Assembly (NCBI GenBank): GCA_003820375.1
Contig: RPQH01000001.1
Span: 36,874 to 100,873 of the forward strand
Length of the DNA stretch: 64,000 nucleotides
DNA from: Ignavibacteriota bacterium
Lineage (GTDB): Bacteria > Bacteroidota > Ignavibacteria > Tepidaquicellales > OLB5
Reading direction: 5' to 3'
The position numbers and the translations under genes were made by a program. Every line of letters starts with the position of its first letter. The stretch's first letter is position 1. The notes beneath the pieces were generated by a model. The model ran no database searches, was not told the DNA's origin, and saw only the letters and a list, made by a program, of their open reading frames with translations. Below are positions 10,180 to 21,300 of the stretch, piece by piece.

Positions 10180-10752
10180 TTATTTCAATATTTTATTATT
10201 TTCATCAACAAATTCAACAAATCTGCAATCTACATACTCCGCCTGGTTATTCTCGTTATAGTCAATGTAATTATGTGTTTTAATTTTTATTCTCTTTTTT
10301 CTATCTTCTATAGATTTGTACTCATTAATTTCAAATTCAAACGGCAGCTTTAAATTTGTTCCTCTTGAATCTTCTAATGTTGAGTATCCAGCACATTTAG
10401 TTGCTCTTGTACCAAATAATACTTGATCAGCCACAACAATATCACATTCCTCACCTTCTTCATCAGTCCTTACTCTCCCTTTCCATTTCCCATCAGTTCT
10501 CCAGACTAAAAGCTCTTTATTCTTATTAAATATTCTCATTTTTTGTATGTATTTCAAATCTAATTGTTCATTATCGTAATTAATAAATTTACCACTTTCA
10601 TATTTCCCAATAATTACTTTATAATCTAAGTAGGTAATAAAATATCCCGTTTCATTATTACCAAATTCCTTTTTAATATCTTCAAGGTTTGCTACTTTTA
10701 TGGCTTTTGCTTCACTTTTTTTAGTGGTCAGATTTAAACCATTATATTCCAT
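10180..10752 (-). CDS. csx19: Small type III-D accessory subunit, Csx19-like (TIGR03984-like)
   Basis: Called on position only: between Cas7-2x and Cas7-insertion, as in III-D(v) operons, and on size (190 aa). No diagnostic motif read. Confidence 0.4.
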   Translation of the reverse strand: MEYNGLNLTTKKSEAKAIKVANLEDIKKEFGNNETGYFITYLDYKVIIGKYESGKFINYDNEQLDLKYIQKMRIFNKNKELLVWRTDGKWKGRVRTDEEGEECDIVVADQVLFGTRATKCAGYSTLEDSRGTNLKLPFEFEINEYKSIEDRKKRIKIKTHNYIDYNENNQAEYVDCRFVEFVDENNKILK

Positions 10753-10754
10753 TC

Positions 10755-12152
10755 TTATTCCTCCTTATAAACATTTAAAGCATCTAATAACGATTGAAGA
10801 TAATTTATATCCTCTTTCTCTAAATCGAGCTTTTTATTAATTATAATTTCTTTTATACCATCCGAAATTGTTGCTTCAATACCTTCCAATACACCTCTTC
10901 CAATGTTTTTTTCTCCTCCTATAGGAAGATCACCTGTCCACAAATCTTTTAGAATTAGTAACATTAATCCAGCTTCATAAGCTTTATCTCTTTTATAATT
11001 GCTTATCTTAATTGATACACGAATTGACTTTTCTTTTTCAGTCCCTTCTTCATTAAAAAGAGGCATTGATTCCATAAGGGCTCCTTTTATTGTTCCCCCA
11101 GTAAATCTGTCAATTTTTATTCTTGTCTGAATTTCTGCCTGACAATTATCTATCAAGTTTTCTTCAATTATGATTCTGCTCTTTGCTGAATTATCCTTTT
11201 CTTTTCCGTCTTTATCATATTGTTTTCCTTCTTTTACAAAACCAAACAAATTATCAATTATCTTTTCTGATTTACCATTAAATTTAGTATTTAAAATCTT
11301 TATGGCTCTGCTTCGTATTGCACCTCTTAAGCTTGTTCCAGGAAGTACATCTTTCCCACATGATTGAATATGGATAGCATCAGGCATCGTGGGGTCTGAT
11401 GGGTAACTTTTCACTATTAATGATGTTTTAACCTTAAACCACGCATCTATAGAAAACATATTTGTGTTCAAATTAAACTTTTCATTATAATCTTTTGTTA
11501 TGCCCTTTCCATTTTCATTTTTTAGCCACTTTATCACATCATTTTTTATTGAAAAATCATATACCTCAAGAAATGGGTCTATTAATTTAATTTTTCCTAA
11601 CCCGCTGGTTGTTTTACTTCCAATAGAAATATTACCTGCTTCTAACTCTGATTTAATTGTATTCATCAATTTAAGAAGAAATTTATAATTTTCTTCTTTA
11701 TAATCCACTATCATATTCAGATCAAATTTTATTCCTCTTTCAGCAATTTCAAAGTCAAACTTGGCTTCTTTAACAGTCATTCCGGTTTTAATGTCAATCT
11801 TAACACCTTCCCTAACAGATGTTAACTCATCAACAGGTACGGCGATTTCATCTATCACAAATAAATCACTGCATTTAATGCTGCTCTGTATTGAAGTTGA
11901 TTTGGTATTTACACCTTGGATTTTATGATATCCCCAGAACTTCGTTAATTCTTCCTTCTCCTTTTCGTCAGCATCATTAAAATTAATAAAGTAATGCCTT
12001 AAGACTCCAATAAAAGATGTTGCAGGTATAAAGGGTTTACCCGAACTATCTTTTAATATGTCTATATCAGTATTATTATCTTCACCGCTGCCAATGCGTA
12101 ATGGTGATAAAAGTTCAATCTTACCTGTTAGTTTTATTTTTCCCTTTTTCAT
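10755..12152 (-). CDS. cas7: Cas7-2x: fusion of two Csm3/Cmr4-type RAMP domains
   Basis: First RAMP: LLSPLRIGSGED..GKPFIPATSFIGVLRH. Second RAMP: GKDVLPGTSLRGAIRSRA. C-terminal G-loop: PIGGEKNIGRGVLEG. Confidence 0.75.
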   Translation of the reverse strand: MKKGKIKLTGKIELLSPLRIGSGEDNNTDIDILKDSSGKPFIPATSFIGVLRHYFINFNDADEKEKEELTKFWGYHKIQGVNTKSTSIQSSIKCSDLFVIDEIAVPVDELTSVREGVKIDIKTGMTVKEAKFDFEIAERGIKFDLNMIVDYKEENYKFLLKLMNTIKSELEAGNISIGSKTTSGLGKIKLIDPFLEVYDFSIKNDVIKWLKNENGKGITKDYNEKFNLNTNMFSIDAWFKVKTSLIVKSYPSDPTMPDAIHIQSCGKDVLPGTSLRGAIRSRAIKILNTKFNGKSEKIIDNLFGFVKEGKQYDKDGKEKDNSAKSRIIIEENLIDNCQAEIQTRIKIDRFTGGTIKGALMESMPLFNEEGTEKEKSIRVSIKISNYKRDKAYEAGLMLLILKDLWTGDLPIGGEKNIGRGVLEGIEATISDGIKEIIINKKLDLEKEDINYLQSLLDALNVYKEE

Positions 12153-12156
12153 GATG

Positions 12157-13698
12157 TTAATTAATTTTCTGTTTGCTCTTCTTTATTGCTTTTCTTAAAT
12201 TAGCAAAAAATGTAAGGAAATATGTCTTATATAAAGTAAATTTAAATTCATTATCATTTTCAGGTTCATAATAATTATACAAAGTTTCATTTTCAGCTTT
12301 CAAAACCTCTATTTCTTTACTCATTATAAAATCCCACAGATTGGATTTATCTGTTTTGCATTCTTTTAATTGCTCCATAGCTATATCTTTAAGTTCTTTT
12401 ATATAATTTTCCCTGAAGTTACTTTCACTATTTGCCGATTTAATAAATGATTCCAATCTTGAAACTAAAGATCCTTTTATTCTTTGATTCAGTTTCCCAT
12501 TATTTTTTCCTTCTATTGTTCTTACATCTTCAAGTGCTTTTAACTTTATTGTTCTGAGTGAATATTCCCGAATAGATTTTTTTATAATTTTTTGAGTGAT
12601 TTCAGGTATAACTTCTTTTTTTAATTCCTGTTCTGAAATCTTTGTTTCAGATGGTGAAAAAGGCTTCACAGTTGATATATCATTTTTTTGTAGTCCAAAT
12701 ATCACTTGACCAAATCCTTCAGCGCGTCGTTCTCCTATTCCATTTAACTGAAGTTCCTGAAGTTTATGCATATTCAATTCATTATCGGGTTTTAAGAGGA
12801 AACAAGATCCTGCTTTAAAACAGGTTTCTGATGGCTTCTTTAATCTCCATACTGACACATAATTTTCAATAAAATCTTTCTTTAAGTATGCTTTTTCAAT
12901 TTTTATATTTAAACCAATTTCTTCTAAATATTCTCTTAATGATTTTATATCTGTAGTTGAAAAGCCATTTTTATTGTATATAATTACATCTGATAAAAAA
13001 GTTAATGAAATCTCAGCTCTATCTTCTATATTTGTTTTTAATTCTTCAATAATATCACAAATTGAAAACTCAATTTCACCATACTGAGAATTTCTTGATC
13101 TGCCAATATAAAAATTGCTTTCATTTAAAAATATTTTTGCTATTTCTTCCAGGTTTCCTTTTTCATCTGAACTAATTTCACCTTTGAAAACCTGATCTTT
13201 ATCAATTGATTCATAGTTAAATATAATACCTTTTTTACTGCTGCCTGTGTCTTTATCTCTTTCATGATGGAAATTTATGCTTTTACTCACAGATGTCTTT
13301 TTGAAGGTCGTACTTTCTATAACTCCAAATCCTCTAATCATTTTTAATGGAACAACTGGTGTCGAATATAGTAATTCAATTGTTTCAGATTGTTTATTCT
13401 TTTTTTCTTTTATGGAAAAGGGAATAGGAATAAATTCTATATCTTCATTATATTCATTTTTTTGTGTAATGTAAGCATTCGAAAATCTCAACTTGCCTTT
13501 TAGAAACCAATCAAAGAAAATATCATTTTCATGTGCTTTACTATTTAGTTTGTTTTTTGCAATATATCTTCCTGCAAGCATACCAAGAACAGATGTGCCG
13601 GGAATATATTCATATGTAGTTACTGTGTTTCTTTCTCCGGATGACTTTGCAATTAGTAAAGGAGCTTTAGCTTTAATTTGATACTTCAGTTTGTACAT
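12157..13698 (-). CDS. csx10: Csx10 (Cas5-like RAMP) with a C-terminal all-helical extension that may replace a separate Cas11
   Basis: YEYIPGTSVLGMLAGRYI and LNGIGERRAEGFGQVIFG are Csx10-type motifs. The last ~170 aa are K/E-rich and helical, and no separate small-subunit gene is present. Confidence 0.6.
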   Translation of the reverse strand: MYKLKYQIKAKAPLLIAKSSGERNTVTTYEYIPGTSVLGMLAGRYIAKNKLNSKAHENDIFFDWFLKGKLRFSNAYITQKNEYNEDIEFIPIPFSIKEKKNKQSETIELLYSTPVVPLKMIRGFGVIESTTFKKTSVSKSINFHHERDKDTGSSKKGIIFNYESIDKDQVFKGEISSDEKGNLEEIAKIFLNESNFYIGRSRNSQYGEIEFSICDIIEELKTNIEDRAEISLTFLSDVIIYNKNGFSTTDIKSLREYLEEIGLNIKIEKAYLKKDFIENYVSVWRLKKPSETCFKAGSCFLLKPDNELNMHKLQELQLNGIGERRAEGFGQVIFGLQKNDISTVKPFSPSETKISEQELKKEVIPEITQKIIKKSIREYSLRTIKLKALEDVRTIEGKNNGKLNQRIKGSLVSRLESFIKSANSESNFRENYIKELKDIAMEQLKECKTDKSNLWDFIMSKEIEVLKAENETLYNYYEPENDNEFKFTLYKTYFLTFFANLRKAIKKSKQKIN

Positions 13699-14360
13699 TT
13701 TTTTTCAATATTTTTTAGATAATGATCATTTAAATTTATTTTTCCAAATAATATACATTCAATTTCACCAAATCCTCTGTTCCTTTTGGTGCCCATACTT
13801 CTCAAATTTGCACATGCTAATGATAATAATTCTATATAATCTTCTTCATTATTTTCAATACTAATTTCACAATAGAACTTATTATTCTTATTACAAACTC
13901 TGATTGTTCTTAATGAATTATTTTTTGCCTTACTATCTTCTATTGCTGTTTGATGCCTGATTGTTGTGAAATATTTCTCTACTTCTTCTCTTGGGATAAT
14001 TTCCGGATATTCTTTAATAAAGTACTTTAGGTATTTAAAATTTTCCTTGTAATCTTGGATATATAAGTTAGAAAAATAAACATAAGCTGGTTCTTTCTGT
14101 CCGGGACTGCCGAAAATTTTGTCGATTATTCCTGCATTATAAGTTATCTTGATGCCTGCTGAAATTAGCATATCAACTACCTCTTCAGCAGAATCCTTCA
14201 GTAATCCTTTTATCCTTTTTGCAGGTATATATGGTATTCCAGCTTCATCGAAATGGATATCACTGTCTATTATAGCGCCGCCTGTTTCACCGGAACCAAT
14301 TAATGTATCAGATTTTAGTGTGATTTCAAGTTTATATTTTTCCATTTTATTCAAGTTCAA
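13686..14360 (-). CDS. cas7: Cas7 (Csm3/Cmr4 family RAMP)
   Basis: LIGSGETGGAIIDSDIHFDEAGIPYIPAKRIKGLLKD and MGTKRNRGFGEIEC. Overlaps both neighbouring genes by 13-14 nt. Confidence 0.75.
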   Translation of the reverse strand: MNLNKMEKYKLEITLKSDTLIGSGETGGAIIDSDIHFDEAGIPYIPAKRIKGLLKDSAEEVVDMLISAGIKITYNAGIIDKIFGSPGQKEPAYVYFSNLYIQDYKENFKYLKYFIKEYPEIIPREEVEKYFTTIRHQTAIEDSKAKNNSLRTIRVCNKNNKFYCEISIENNEEDYIELLSLACANLRSMGTKRNRGFGEIECILFGKINLNDHYLKNIEKKCTN

Positions 14361-15840
14361 ATTTTGGGTAAAGTTCTGTGAGTTCTATCATGTCAAAATA
14401 TGGAGTTACATTATTTTGAAATAATGATTTAGAGTAATTATAATCTATATGGTAATTTGGTAGAGTTATACCTTTTGATTTTAACTGATTTAAAAATTCA
14501 TTCCCAATTTCTTTTTCACAGGTTAATACCTCTCTTAATTCTTTTATCTTAGATGAAGATAGAATTTGTTTTTCACTGGAGTCTTTCTTTATAAGTAAGC
14601 GAGTATTTTCTATTATTTTATCAAAATCATATATATCATTTTTATTCCTGCTCAATCTATAAGGTCTTATTAGCAAACATTTATCTTTAATCTTAAAATA
14701 TTTGTCTCTTATATCTTCAATAGGTGCAGATATCCCGGCATAGGCAATATGGAAATCTATCCAGGAACCTTCACTTCTACCTATATTCTTTCTAACAGAT
14801 TTAGCATTACCACATAACTCTTCTGCCAGGATGTAACCTTTATAGAAGGGGTATTTTTGTTTTATTATTGCTACGCCTGCACAAGCTGTTAATTTGCTTT
14901 CAATTTCAAATTTTTCAATAAATTTTTTTGCAAAATATATTCCTAACCTTCCATCGCAAACAAAGGTAATATCATCTCCACCAAGAATTATAGGTCTTAT
15001 TGGAATGAGTTTTTTATTATCCCAGCTTATTTCTTTTTCAATTTTCTCTTTTTCCTGTATTATAGTCTCTAATAAAAACTTAAAGGATTCTGTAACAGAA
15101 TCTTCTAAAATCTTAGATAGGTCTTTTATTTCTTTAAGGGTTTTACGTTTACCAAATTCTTCGCCAACTCCATTCCCATCAATATGCACAATAGCTATAT
15201 GGCTGTCTTCACCTTTGCTGCTGCCTAAATCCTCAAATTCCAGAGGAAAATCTAATTTACCTAAAACATCGTTAAAATCTCCAATAAATTTCAAATTAGC
15301 AGGTTCATAATAATTCAATTTTGTCTTTGCAATGGATGATATATAGTCTCCTTCTTCGCCTTCATCATGCTTTTCTTCGTACCATGATTCAGCGGAATAA
15401 CCGGTTCTTGGGCATTCTTCATTTATTCCATGAGAGGGGAGGGTAATAACCGGAACATATTTACCTTTATTCTCATCTAGTTTATTAAAAAGAGCTTCTT
15501 TAAACTCATTAAACTTTTCAGTATCATCTAAATCAATTGTTCCATCACTAATTGCACAAGCAATTGATACTCCGGGTGCTTTTATTAATAAGTCTCTTGT
15601 AAAGTTTTTTATAAATTTAATCGCTTCGCTTTTATCTTCAAAAAAAAGTAAAGCGTTCCCTCCACCTATATAACCAACTTTATCACAAATATATGTTCCA
15701 TCTTTATCAGCTTCTGTGATTTCTTCATATATATTGCTGATTATATAAGATGCACCTAGATTTTCCTTCAGCTTACTGCTCCCAAATACATATTGCTGAA
15801 TGGAGGTTGTGTCAAGTAATACGCCGTAATATTTTTTCAT
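14347..15840 (-). CDS. cas10: Compact Cas10 (497 aa) lacking an HD domain, with an intact GGDD cyclase palm
   Basis: HIAIVHIDGNGVGEEF (palm metal-binding strand) and PIILGGDDITFVCDG (GGDD). N-terminal GYIGGGNALLFF resembles a degenerate first palm. No H-D motif at the N-terminus. Confidence 0.75.
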   Translation of the reverse strand: MKKYYGVLLDTTSIQQYVFGSSKLKENLGASYIISNIYEEITEADKDGTYICDKVGYIGGGNALLFFEDKSEAIKFIKNFTRDLLIKAPGVSIACAISDGTIDLDDTEKFNEFKEALFNKLDENKGKYVPVITLPSHGINEECPRTGYSAESWYEEKHDEGEEGDYISSIAKTKLNYYEPANLKFIGDFNDVLGKLDFPLEFEDLGSSKGEDSHIAIVHIDGNGVGEEFGKRKTLKEIKDLSKILEDSVTESFKFLLETIIQEKEKIEKEISWDNKKLIPIRPIILGGDDITFVCDGRLGIYFAKKFIEKFEIESKLTACAGVAIIKQKYPFYKGYILAEELCGNAKSVRKNIGRSEGSWIDFHIAYAGISAPIEDIRDKYFKIKDKCLLIRPYRLSRNKNDIYDFDKIIENTRLLIKKDSSEKQILSSSKIKELREVLTCEKEIGNEFLNQLKSKGITLPNYHIDYNYSKSLFQNNVTPYFDMIELTELYPKFELE

Positions 15841-15841
15841 T

Positions 15842-17110
15842 TTATTTGATAAATTCTTTAATTTTTTTTAAGAAAATTTCTTTTCTTAGATCTTTTCTAC
15901 CCAAAACTAATATTTTTTTGCCCACACCAAGATCTGTTTCAAGTTCTTCTCCTAATAACTTTATATCAGATACACCTGATTCATGATGAGATATTTCTTC
16001 TTCCATAGTAGTTATTAAAATACTTTTTGCTTCTGAACCGCCAATTTGCTGGACTCTATGAATAACTTCAAAAGCCTTGCTCTTACATTCCGACTTATTT
16101 GAACTTGTTGTACAAGAAATTCCTATTAATTGGTATCCATTAATCCAAGCGACATCTAGTTGGAATCGTTCTGTGATGCCCTCTTTCTTCATTTTCCAAT
16201 CATGATAAACGTTCTTTGAGTTATCTTTTAGTAATTTATAAATAAACATTTCCAGCATAACTCCAGAAAAGAATTCTATTATTTCCTGTAACCTGGGATT
16301 ATATTCTAAACCTGTATTGAATTCTCCATTTGTTTTGAAAAAACGAATGTTGGGAGGTAATGTATTATTAATTTCTAATAGCTTTCCTTCTATTGTATAA
16401 AACTTAAATATTTCTTTTTTACTATTGAATGTTTCTTCACATACTAATTTAGAGTTTGCCATAAATGAATAAAAAAAATATTTTAAACTTTTATTTTCTT
16501 TTTTGTCACTTATTATAAAAAGTTTATCGGTATTATAACTTACCCACTCGCCATATAAATTTGCTGCTTTAAAAAAAATTTCTCGGTCATTATTTAGTCT
16601 TTTATAACTATGCAAAGAAATTAAATCTTTTAGTTCTATATCAATTTCTTTTCTTAAATCAATATAATCTAAATCTTTATCAGGATTAATTAATGCAAAT
16701 GTTCTTGCAGACAGATATGAGTAGCTTTTTTCTTTTACTTCCAAACTATTTATCCATTCATAAACAAAAATACCCATAACCTTTGTACCGCCGGTATAAT
16801 TGAGATGAATTCTATTTCCTAATTCTCTCTTTAAGTTATCGTTTAAATCATTTTTTAAAGTTTGTGCATTTTCTACATCTGTTAGGGGAATTAAATTAAT
16901 CTCACCTTTAAAATTTTTTGCAGTTTCATTTAGCACGCATTTAATGTTATCTGCATAATCTTTAGTGGATCTTTGATGATCTTCGGCTGAATACAACAGC
17001 CAAACATTTTTCAATTCGGGATTATTATCTATAATATACTTCGCTGTTACATAGTTGGGCAGGGGATTGGTGCCGATTAATAAGATTAGGTCAGTAAAGT
17101 TAAATCCCAT
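15842..17110 (-). CDS. CARF + PD-(D/E)xK-like nuclease fold protein (Card1/Can2, DUF1887-like)
   Basis: N-terminal DLILLIGTNPLPNYV Rossmann-like CARF start. C-terminal ERFQLDVAWINGYQLIGISCTTSSNKSECKSKAFEV..IGGSEAKSILIT resembles the DUF1887 nuclease core. First gene of the cas operon. Confidence 0.65.
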   Translation of the reverse strand: MGFNFTDLILLIGTNPLPNYVTAKYIIDNNPELKNVWLLYSAEDHQRSTKDYADNIKCVLNETAKNFKGEINLIPLTDVENAQTLKNDLNDNLKRELGNRIHLNYTGGTKVMGIFVYEWINSLEVKEKSYSYLSARTFALINPDKDLDYIDLRKEIDIELKDLISLHSYKRLNNDREIFFKAANLYGEWVSYNTDKLFIISDKKENKSLKYFFYSFMANSKLVCEETFNSKKEIFKFYTIEGKLLEINNTLPPNIRFFKTNGEFNTGLEYNPRLQEIIEFFSGVMLEMFIYKLLKDNSKNVYHDWKMKKEGITERFQLDVAWINGYQLIGISCTTSSNKSECKSKAFEVIHRVQQIGGSEAKSILITTMEEEISHHESGVSDIKLLGEELETDLGVGKKILVLGRKDLRKEIFLKKIKEFIK

Positions 17111-17483
17111 AAAATAAAAAATATTATTTGAATTTATGAATTGAAATTAATTACTTGGATGACTCTTTTGTAGTGTGCAGTTTATTTGTACATAATCAGA
17201 TTGATTTGCACTTTAGCTTCGGTTGTCATGTATTCCGGATTAATAACGAGTCTTCTTGTTGCTGATTTTTGAAAGTTATGGAATACAAAATGAGGGATAT
17301 AACTTTCGGCTATGACGCAATATATTATATAAATAAAGGAAAATCAACAACATATTTATGGTTATGGGTGAATTTTTTGATACGCAAATAAAATAAAGAA
17401 GTTTAAAAATCCCGTCTCTGAGTTTTAATAAAATAAAATTATTTCGAAAAATTGAATTAAGTTTTTCCGTAAGGGGGAGCTTC

Positions 17484-17799
17484 GTTTCGACAATCGGCTT
17501 ACGCCTCATTCATATTTTAACGCCGAAGTGATTTATAACAATTCAGAGGTCGCTGAGTTTCAATCGGCTTTCGCCTCATTCATATTTTAACCGTATCAAA
17601 GATACTCAAGGACAATGGCATAATGTTTCAATCGGCCTAAGCCTCATTCATATTTTAACGACTAACACCCCCAATTGTTATTAAATTAAATGAAGTTTCA
17701 ATCGGCCTAAGCCTCATTCATATTTTAACAACACGTCTATCGGATTACGAGATGTAGCGTTCGAGTTTCAATCGGCCTAAGCCTCATTTATATTTTAAC
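17484..17799 (-). CRISPR. CRISPR array 1: 5 repeats, 33-35 nt spacers
   Basis: Repeats start at 17484 (degenerate, 38 nt, gtttcGACaatcgg), 17557, 17625, 17695 and 17765. Plus-strand consensus is GTTTCAATCGGCCTAAGCCTCATTCATATTTTAAC. The reverse complement ends in ATTGAAAC, so the array is called minus-strand. The degenerate terminal repeat is at the low-coordinate end. Confidence 0.95.
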
Positions 17800-17881
17800 A
17801 GTACCCCTATTAACAGCTATATTTTAAAGGGGTTATAAGGGTATTTGCGAGCCTCGTTCTTTTTTACTGTCAAACATATGT

Positions 17882-17910
17882 AATTTAACCTGTTTTTTTA
17901 GTTTTGTCAA
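17882..17910 (-). promoter_or_regulatory. Putative leader promoter of array 1 (TTGACA-N17-TAAATT on the minus strand)
   Basis: Plus-strand tgtcaa at 17905-17910 and aattta at 17882-17887 with a 17-nt spacer. It lies ~80 nt upstream of the first repeat. The same architecture occurs beside array 4. Confidence 0.4.
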
Positions 17911-18373
17911 TACTTTTTAAGAGCTAAGTATATTAAAAATAAGGTGCCCCGAGGCATAAAGACTTACAAAAAAAGTTAAGTACCTTTATTTTTTAACACT
18001 TAGTCATAATTGGCTCCTTTTCTAAAATCTGGTTAGTAAACTTCATATCCTTTGTTTCCAGGTATCTCTATTTTTGCACCTAATCCTATCGCCTTATCAT
18101 AACAAGCATTGCAAATTGGGTAAATTCTAACTAAATCAGAATTCTTAGCAATCTTAACCAGACCTGAAATTATCGTTTTTAGTTTCTTTTTTACTAAACT
18201 TAATATTCCCTTTTATAGAAAATTGGATATAAATATAAAAAATACAAAGGTTTAACTTTAGTTAATCATTGGATATTACTTAATAATATATTAATTTTAT
18301 AAGAACTTAATCCTAATAATTTCAAAAATGACAGTATATTCTTATTAAGTAATTCCTAAATGTAATCAAAAAA

Positions 18374-21300
18374 ATGGAAAATAAATCAAAAAAGAAAATC
18401 TTAATATTTGATTATTATGAAAATATATTAAGATATTTAATGAAAAAATTAGGAGATATAAGGATACGATATGAGGTAATTTTTATAAAAATGAATAACG
18501 GAAAATCTGTATTAAAACAATTACAGGATCATGTACCCTCATTTGTTTTTTATCAGCCTTTTGATTTTTCTAGTATACTTGAACCCGATATGCAATTTCT
18601 TGAGAAATATATTCTTCCTTTTTTAAAAAATAAAAATTGTAATGTCTTATTTTACTATTATATTTATAATAAAAGTAATACGAGTGATATTGCGAATAAT
18701 GTTTATAATAAATTTCAATCTTTCATTCAGCAAAATGTTCATAAAAAAAACAATTCTAATATAAATTTTATTAATACGGCAGATTTCTACGTAAAGCCAA
18801 ATAAATCCAGCTCCAATTTAAAAACCGGGGAAAGTTATTTGGACTATCAACTTAAACGATTAGACTATCTCTATAAACCACTTAAAGAGAAGAATGATAA
18901 TGATAGACAAATAAATGATGAAGATTTGGTTGATGATATACACAATCCAATTAAAAATGATTATGCAGCTAATTTAGATAATGAATTACTTGATGAGTAT
19001 ACATCATTTATTTCAGATTTAATAACTGATTATATTTTACACTGTGATTATATAGATAATAAAGTAGAAGGATATTTCAATTTAGATAATTTAAAGTTTT
19101 TAAAATTTAAAAATCTTTATATTGATAAACTTAAAGACATACAAGTATTTAATGGTGATGAATATAATACTATAAAGTTATCTTTAGGGAAACTAACATT
19201 TTATGACCAAATGGGAAATCTATTGTTAGATATACCATATAAGAAATATTATAATAATTTAAATGCTTATGTAAAAGAACATAAATTATTAAAATATTTA
19301 TTTTCGGAAAATATAAATAGATATGAAAAAGGTAAAAATTATATATTTTATGAATTTTATTACTACAATGATGCAAATAAAATCACTTTAAAAATTAATA
19401 ATTGTTTTTATCGGATAAATTCTAAGACAAAAAATTTAGAAAATGCCGATGATATATTAAAAAAATGGCTGCGAATCTTATTTTCAGAAGTATATTACTT
19501 AAACTTCTATAACAAAGATCAAAATATATGGAATGAAATAAATATAAATGGAAATATAGTCAATAGCATTATTCAGCAAAGCAGTTCATTATATGGTGAA
19601 TCCCCATTTTATTTTGTTTTCTTTTTTGAAGAACTAGATATTGCCGGACAAAAAGGTACTGTAAACTATTGTTTATATAGTGATTCAGTACAAATTAATG
19701 CTCTACGTGGGAATCGTATTCCAATTAATGAAAATAATATCGAAGAATTTACAGATAGAATATATTCAGATATTCGTCCATTGATAATTTCAAGAGCTCA
19801 AGAATCGATATTCCCATTAATTAACAATCAAATCAGAAAATTAGCTGTTCAATCAGCAGTTTCATCAATCTTTGCTAGAAATTATTCTCACAACATTGGA
19901 GCTCACGTAGATAATAGAACTTATTATAATGATATAATTTTCAACTTAAATAATCTATATGGTGCAAAAGCAATAAATGATAACAGAAAACTAATTGATG
20001 TATGGATTCATTTAATGAAAGATTTAATGAAAAATTATTCAATTAAAAGGAATGAATTCCTTGCAGATTATCAGCACCCACCTAAAAATCTATTGCTCTA
20101 CGAAGATATTATACTTCCCTTTGTTGAAAATATGCTATTAATGAATAATATAGCATCAAGTGAAGATATAATGTATTTTAAAAATGGAAATTGCATTGAA
20201 AATAAGTTAAAAATAAAAGTAAATATAAACGGCAATGAGTTAAGTGCGCAATATCCTGATATGAGATGTATAGTAGATTGTGATGAATTGATAGAATATC
20301 CTGATCATTTTCCATATGTGTATTGTTATAAAGGGCTAAGTAATCCAAACAATTGCGAAATTGAAGATTTAACTAATATTTTAAAAACCAAAATCATACT
20401 GGGTAATGATATTGAAATAAGTATTACTAATGAACATGCTTTTTTCTCTATCTTAGAAAATATTATTAGAAACAGCTCAAAACATAATAAGAAAATATTA
20501 GAAGATGAATCAGAGTTACTAATCCAGATAAATGTTTATGATACAGATTTAGTAGATAATAAAAAGGATAATAATTTTTATCACGTAATTGTATATGATA
20601 ATATATCTGAAGCAAAATTATGTGATATATGGGAATTTAAAAGAACTATAGAAAGCTCAATAATTAATATTGAAACTGCCCAACTTGAACGAAAACAGCT
20701 TGGTATTAAAGATATGAAAATTAATGCTCATTTATTATGCTCCTCAGAAGAAATAAATGATGATATTTTAAAAAAATCTTTAGAAGTTGTTATTATAGAT
20801 AGATCAATCAAAGGTCCTGCAGAAATAATTTTTAATCCACTTCAATATCGAAATTATGATGAATTATTGAAAGATATAAAAGAACATTACTACGGAGATT
20901 TTGATATAGATAATTATAAATTTAGTTTTGGATACAAATTTAAACTACAGAAATCTAAAAAAATAATGTGGGTAGTTGGGAATGATTTAAAAATAGATGG
21001 AAAAGTAATAGACGAATTTCAGGAAAAAGGTGTTACCATTTTCTCCTATCAGGAAGATTTATCCAGTAACTTATCCAAAACAATAGCTTCGTATCAATTT
21101 ATTGTTTTCGAGAGAGAATATTTTAAGAATTTCAGCGATGAAGATTATATATCATTTGAAAGATGTTTAACTAAGCTGCCTTTCAGATTACTATTGAATA
21201 GTGAAGATGATGATTTTAATGAATATTTGAGTAAACTAATAAATTCAAGAAGAATACAACTGGTCAAAAATAAAATTCATTTTTTGGATTCTAACAATGA

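Noticed and set aside
18040-18200. Short minus-strand reading frame ending ..RIYPICNACYDKAIGLGAKIEIPGNKGYEVY* in the array 1 leader to kinase intergenic region.
   Set aside because: It is under 60 codons and I could not identify a start codon. It may be a relic of a small zinc-ribbon gene, but it cannot be supported from sequence alone.
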